Of a stretch of 64,000 nucleotides of DNA, positions 58,041 through 64,000 are shown piece by piece. The notes beneath the pieces were generated by a model. The model searched no databases, was not told the DNA's origin, and worked only from the letters and a program-made list of their open reading frames with translations. The DNA comes from the human T2T-CHM13v2.0 reference genome, Homo sapiens. Made by a program: the position numbers and the translations under genes. The number at the start of each line of letters is the position of its first letter. Position 1 is the stretch's first letter. Location of the stretch: the NCBI RefSeq assembly GCF_009914755.1, contig NC_060947.1. One strand, written 5' to 3'.

Positions 58041-58447
58041 TGTAATGGCTAATTTAATGTGTCAGCGTGAGGGCCAGGGGTGCCCAGAAAGTTGGTTAAA
58101 CCCTATTGAGTGTGTCTGTGAGGGTGTTTCTGGCAGAATGAGTAAAGTTGATTGCCCTTCCTAACGTAGGTGGGCCTCACTCAATCTGTTGAAAACTTGA
58201 ATAGAATAGAAAGAAGTATAAAATAATTTTCTGTCTCTGCCTGATATTCTTCAGAATATGGGCTGTCATGCTTTCTGACTTGGACTCTGAGTGGAATGGA
58301 CACCATTAGCTCTCCTGGGTCTCCAGCTTATGAAGGCAGATCCTGGGACTTTTCAGCCTCCACAATTATATGAATGAATTACTGATAATAAATCTTTTTC
58401 TATACATCCTGTTGGTTCTGTTTACCTGGAAAACCTTGGCTAATACA
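58041..58447 (+). mobile_element. MLT2D-like ERVL solo LTR
   Basis: TGTAATGGCTAATTT...GGTTCTGTTT..CTGGAAAACCTTGGCTAATACA; near-TSD AAGTG / AAGAG. Confidence 0.85.
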
Positions 58448-58761
58448 AAGAGCTTTAAAAATAATTTATGTGGACAAGGTGCTGGTCTGATCCCTTTGCC
58501 ACTTGTTGACATATGAATCAACGCAAAAATAACATCGCAACATAAACCAGGACTTAAATATGATTAGGGCGCTAGACACAGCATGTTTAGTTGCAAAAAG
58601 ATTAATGCAAAACATGCTTGACTATAAACTATGTGATTCACCAGATTATTTAATATCTTGATTTATTTCTTTATCATGTTTCTCTACCTCCAACCAGAGT
58701 GTAGGCTATATAAGAGGAAAGTCTTTTTCTTTTTTCTTCACTATTTCCAGGGCCATGAAAG

Positions 58762-58995
58762 TCAGGAATCTATGCTCTACGAGCCAAATCTGGTCTAGGG
58801 ACTAAATGTGGCCCATCACTTGGGTTTATAAATAAAATTTTATTGGAACATTGCCTCACCCATTTTTTTTCCATATTATCTATGGCTGCTTTTGTGTGAT
58901 GAAGGCAGAATTGAGTATTTGTAACAGAGACTGCATGGCCCACGAAGCAGAAAACTTCTACCTGGATCTTTACGGAGAAGCTTGCCATCTTCTGT
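58762..58995. mobile_element. MER58A
   Basis: AAATAAAATTTTATTGGAACA..TATGGCTGCTTT..GGCAGAATTGAGTA..ACAGAGACTGCATGGCCCACGAAGC. Confidence 0.8.
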
Positions 58996-59389
58996 CCTAA
59001 TTGAATATGTATTCAATGAATAATTATTGCAGGTCTTTTTGCCCATTCCTCAGCAAAATATCACATTCATCCCACTGCATTAAATTATCCTACATTTGGC
59101 ACAAAATATACTTGCATTTAACAGGATTGTGTTGGTTTTAGAGTGATGAGATCTCTCCAAACAATTAGCTAAAACTAAGCAATCATTTTCAGCACCAGAA
59201 GATGATATCTGTGCATTTTTCATGTATGTGAGTCAGGGCGGAGACCTAAGTTTTTGAGTGTATTGTATTTATTTGTTCAAGCCTAAAGGAGTGTGGTGGA
59301 AAATAAGCTGTGATAGGGTGGTGACTGCTGCAAAAGTAATTGAGGCTTTTGCCATTATTTTTAAAACCATGATTACTTTGGCACCAACC

Positions 59390-60352
59390 TAATAGAACTG
59401 CCATATTATCCAGTAATACAATTGTAGGTCTATGCCCAAAAGAATTGAATGCAGAGATTCTGGCCAGGTACAGTGGCTCAAACGTGTAATCCCAACACTT
59501 TGGGAGGCCAAAGCTGGTGGATCACTTGAGCCCAGGAGTTCAAGACCAGCCTGGACAACATGACAAAACCCTGTCTCTATAAAAAAAATAAATAAAAATA
59601 AATATATATATACAAAAATTAGCTGGGTGTGGTGGCACACACCTGTAGTCCCAGCTACTTGGCGGACTGAGATAGGAGGACCGCCTCAGAGCAGGGAGGC
59701 TTGGGCTGCAGAGAGCCATGATAGTGCCACCGCACTCCAGCCTTTATGACAGAGTTGAGACCTGAGGCTGCAGAGAGCCATGATAGTGCCACCGCACTCC
59801 AGCCTTGGTGACAGAGTGAGACCTTGTTAAAAAAAAAAAAAAAGAAAAAAAAAAGAAAGGAAGTAAAGAGTCCAATGGATATTTCTACACATGTGTTCAC
59901 AATAATATTATTCACAATAGCTGAAAGGAGGAAGCAACCCAAGTGTCTATCAATGTATGAATGAAAATACCAAACAGGTTCTATATATACCATGGGATAT
60001 AATTCAGCCTTAAGAAGGAAGGCAATTCTGACACATGCTACCACATGGATGAAGACCTCATGCTATGTAAAATAAGCCAGACATAAAAGGATAAGGACAT
60101 GGGTGAGGACATTATGCTAATTGATATAAGCCAGACAGACACAAGAGGATGAAACTATATGATTCCCATTGTGTGAGGTCCCTGGAGTCGCCAAATTCAG
60201 GGAGCTAGAAAGTAGAGTGGTGGTTGCCTGGGACACTGGAAAGCCCTGGAGATGGATGGTGCACGACAATGTGAATGTACGTAATGCCACTGAACTGTGC
60301 ACTTAAAAATAGTTAAGATAGAAAATGCTATATTATGTATATTTTACCGCAG
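59390..60352 (+). mobile_element. L1MB-type 3' end split by AluJ
   Basis: TTATTCACAATAGCTGAAAGG.GGAAGCAACCCAAGTGTC..AGGAAGGCAATTCTGACACATGCTAC..AATGCCACTGAACTGTGCACTTAAAAAT. Confidence 0.85.
59462..59858 (+). mobile_element. AluJ with a 62-bp internal tandem duplication
   Basis: Units start at 59704 and 59766. Confidence 0.92.
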
Positions 60353-61218
60353 TTCTTTTGTAAGTGCACTATCCTTAGGGTTCCAAAATCCTGCAATCAG
60401 CAGTCTCATGCAGTCACTGTGTTTGCGCTCTATCTATTAGAAATAACTGGGCTTCAAATGAAATACTGCAGAATGTTTTAAGACATATGGAGACTTAAAA
60501 ATAGGCACGCCAAAAACAGAAGGTTATGTTTTACATTGAAGGTTAGCTTAAAAACGAATCACTTTAAAAGTTTCATGCCCTGCTATAGAAAAGGCACTAA
60601 AAAGGTCAACCTTTTAAAACTAAAATGCCTCATTAGTATTTTGCTGGTAACACTCTGATTAAAATTGCCACAGCACAATTTCTTCTTAGCAGTATATTTT
60701 ACTTGACATTATTTAACTTGATAAAATGTTACCAAATACGTGGCCACTGACCTATCAAAAATTACTTAATTAGAAAGTTAACCTAAAAAAAAGTTAAGGA
60801 AATTATACTCAAGTAACATAAAAACATTTCCTTCCGTACTATAACAGAAGAAGGCAAGCACCTTAGCAAAGTGTGCTATATATAATATTTAACCTTTGGT
60901 GTTTCTGCAAAGAGTAATATAGGATTTTATGCATTGCATATTTTTCCATAAGCAAATTTTACTAGTGGAATAGGGAGTAGATTAAGACTCTTTAGAAGCC
61001 AAGGTACTTTCCTTCTTTGAGCAACCCTAGGAGATCTCATCTTCTTCCATGCCATCCTTCAGGTCTCTCTCTTTTCATGCATACATACTTAGTGGTTTAT
61101 ATTCTTGATGTCAGACAAAGGTGATCATGATATATTTTACCAGCATTGTGCCCAAGTGAAACCAGCTGTTTTTGGAAAGTGAGTTTCAGACAGCCAAAGA
61201 CAGAAAGAGTAAACTAGC

Positions 61219-61852
61219 TGTTTTAGTTTCTTAGGGTTGCGAAAACAAAGTATTGTATACTGGATGGGTGGAAACAAAAGAAATGTATTATCGCATGGTT
61301 CTGGAGGCCAGAAGTCCAAAATAAAAGGGTTGGTGGGGCCGTGATCTCTCTAAAACCTGTAGAGAAGGATCCTTTCTCGCTTCTTCTACTTTTGGATGGT
61401 TGCCAGCAATCTTTGGTGTTCTTTGCTTGTAGACTCACCACCCCAATATCCGCTTCCATCTCGCATGGCTGTCTTCTCTCTGTGTGTGCCACACTCCCTC
61501 TAAAATCTGTAGGGGAGTATCCTTTCTTGTGTCTTCTACTTTCTGGTTGTTGCCAGCAGTTCTTGGCATTGCTTGTCTTGGAGATGCAACCCTCCAATAT
61601 CTGCCTCCATCTTCCCATGGTTGTCTTCTGTCTGCATGCCTTCACATAGTCTTTCTTCTATATGTGTCTGTGTCCTAATCTCCTCTTTCTATAAAAAAAC
61701 ACTAGACAGATTAGATTTGGGTCTACCCAAATGAACTTGTCATAACTTGATCACATCCGCAAAACCTTATTTCCAAATAAGGTCACATTCATAAGTACCA
61801 GGGATTCAGACTTCAACATATTGCTTTGGAGGACACCATTCAACTTATAATA
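61219..61852 (-). mobile_element. MLT1C-like LTR with a 150-bp internal tandem duplication
   Basis: TTCTGGAGGCCAGAAGTCCAAA..TTTCCAAATAAGGTCACATTC; CTCTAAAA.CTGTAG at 61348 and 61498. Confidence 0.85.
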
Positions 61853-62015
61853 CCATGCCACTGTGGCTTGGAAGGGACCAAATATAACCTGGGATTTCAC
61901 TGCCTGAGAACCAATAACTTGCTGGGCAAAGGGTGTCCTGAGGGAGTCACCTTACCTTACTGTCATTCAAACTGCCATCTGTACAAGAAAGGGAGGCATT
62001 AAAAAAATAAGGGTT

Positions 62016-62372
<357 letters not shown>

Positions 62373-63075
62373 CTAATCCCCACCCTGCACAATCTGTCTT
62401 TATTCAAAATTTTAGTATTTTGCTCACCAATGATTTCTTTGTGTAAACATTGCTTCTTTTAAGTTTCATTAGGATGTCATTTATCCTGATTACTGAGCTT
62501 ACAGCAGCCCCTTAAATGTCGCAGCCACCCAATAGGAAGCCTCACCTACCTCACCCAAGCCCCAGCCCTGCAAATGGTTGTCCAATGTCCCCTGAGATCT
62601 AAGATTATAGCCACCCTAATGCTGCAAATGCCCCAGCATGTCCCATTTGCCTTTCTAAAGGACATAAGCCCTGTCTGAAAGCTCACCTCTGTTGCGTTTT
62701 CTATAGCCACTGCGATTTACAATCTGCTCCACATGTTTGACTATTTCAAATAGATATTTAAACAGGCATTTAAGTAATTTAAGTAGGTATTTTAATAATT
62801 AACTGAAAACCAGACGAACGTTAAGGGACAAAACAAGATGTCAGCATTAGACACTTCTACGTCTGAGTTCACTTTTTTCTTTCCAGTGCAGTCTGTGGAG
62901 CTTCTTGTAATACAAGAGGTGAGAAGTCGGAGGTTCACCTGTGAGGATATTTACCAGACCTGTGGGGGCTGAGGTATTAAAATTGAATTTTTAATACTAT
63001 TACTCTTCATGGCACAAGCGTCACCTCCACCATAATTTCCCTCTTTTAAAATTTTTGAAGACTTTTCAATGCTAG

Positions 63076-63409
<334 letters not shown>

Positions 63410-64000
63410 CCAGTTTCTTATTCTGTAAATAACTGAGGAATATCAAGGCAAGCCTCTTTCAACCCATGCATTCCATGTGGTATAAGGTGATGATCAGTTC
63501 TACAAAATGAAATGTTCCTTGTGGAAGAAATACCACTTCATACATATTTATCCCCACACTGACTGATCCAGTAGTTAATAAAGAGTAGATGTCCAACAAA
63601 TACTCACGGAGTAGATGAAACATTAAGTGACACAATGCCGGCCACAGAACTTTCCAGTTTATCTTCTTGCCCAAAGATGAATGTTTTATAAAATACTCAG
63701 ATGCTGAGTGTAATATTTAATTGCTGACTTTAACTAAGTTAGAAATAATTGTGGTACATTGCATACGAGAAGTAGGTGCAGAGAGAAAGCATGTTAAGCT
63801 GACTGGAGGCTTCTTTGCAATATCTACTCCTCTCATCCTTTACAGAATTGCAGTCCACAACAAGCAGAGGGAAAATAGGACTTGGATAGCTCTTGGCTGG
63901 TTTCAGGTGTTCTCAAACTCAAATTTAAAAATGCAGCACATTTGTTCCCTGTGCATCAGATGCTTTTAAAGGACAATTTGCAGACTCTTGCACTTAAATC

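Noticed and set aside
59189-59205. TTCAGCACC REST half-site
   Set aside because: The right half (GGACAG) is absent

Overview
AT-rich, CpG-poor anthropoid-primate (human-like; AluY, THE1B, LTR2, LTR7 present) non-coding DNA, either intergenic or deep-intronic. I find no protein-coding gene, tRNA/rRNA, CpG island or CRISPR-like array. Every ORF I can assign is a translation of Alu, L1, LTR, DNA-transposon or low-complexity sequence. Content: about 30 Alu copies or monomers, several L1 remnants (one ~3 kb L1PA 3' piece nested in an older L1), four THE1 solo LTRs, ERV1/ERVL/MaLR solo LTRs (MER4A x2, LTR2, LTR7 fragment, LTR8, MER50, MER21, LTR40, MLT1, MLT2), DNA-transposon fossils (piggyBac MITE MER85, Tigger2a, Tigger4 with a transposase N-terminal remnant, MER1B, MER20, MER58A), and many long polypurine/polypyrimidine tracts. 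The most unusual structure is a ~360 bp patchwork at 21591-21952, assembled from three locally copied unique segments (one inverted, two direct). I do not see convincing evidence of a new biological system. Repeat family names are from my recall of consensus sequences, not a database search, and boundaries without target-site duplications (TSDs) are approximate.
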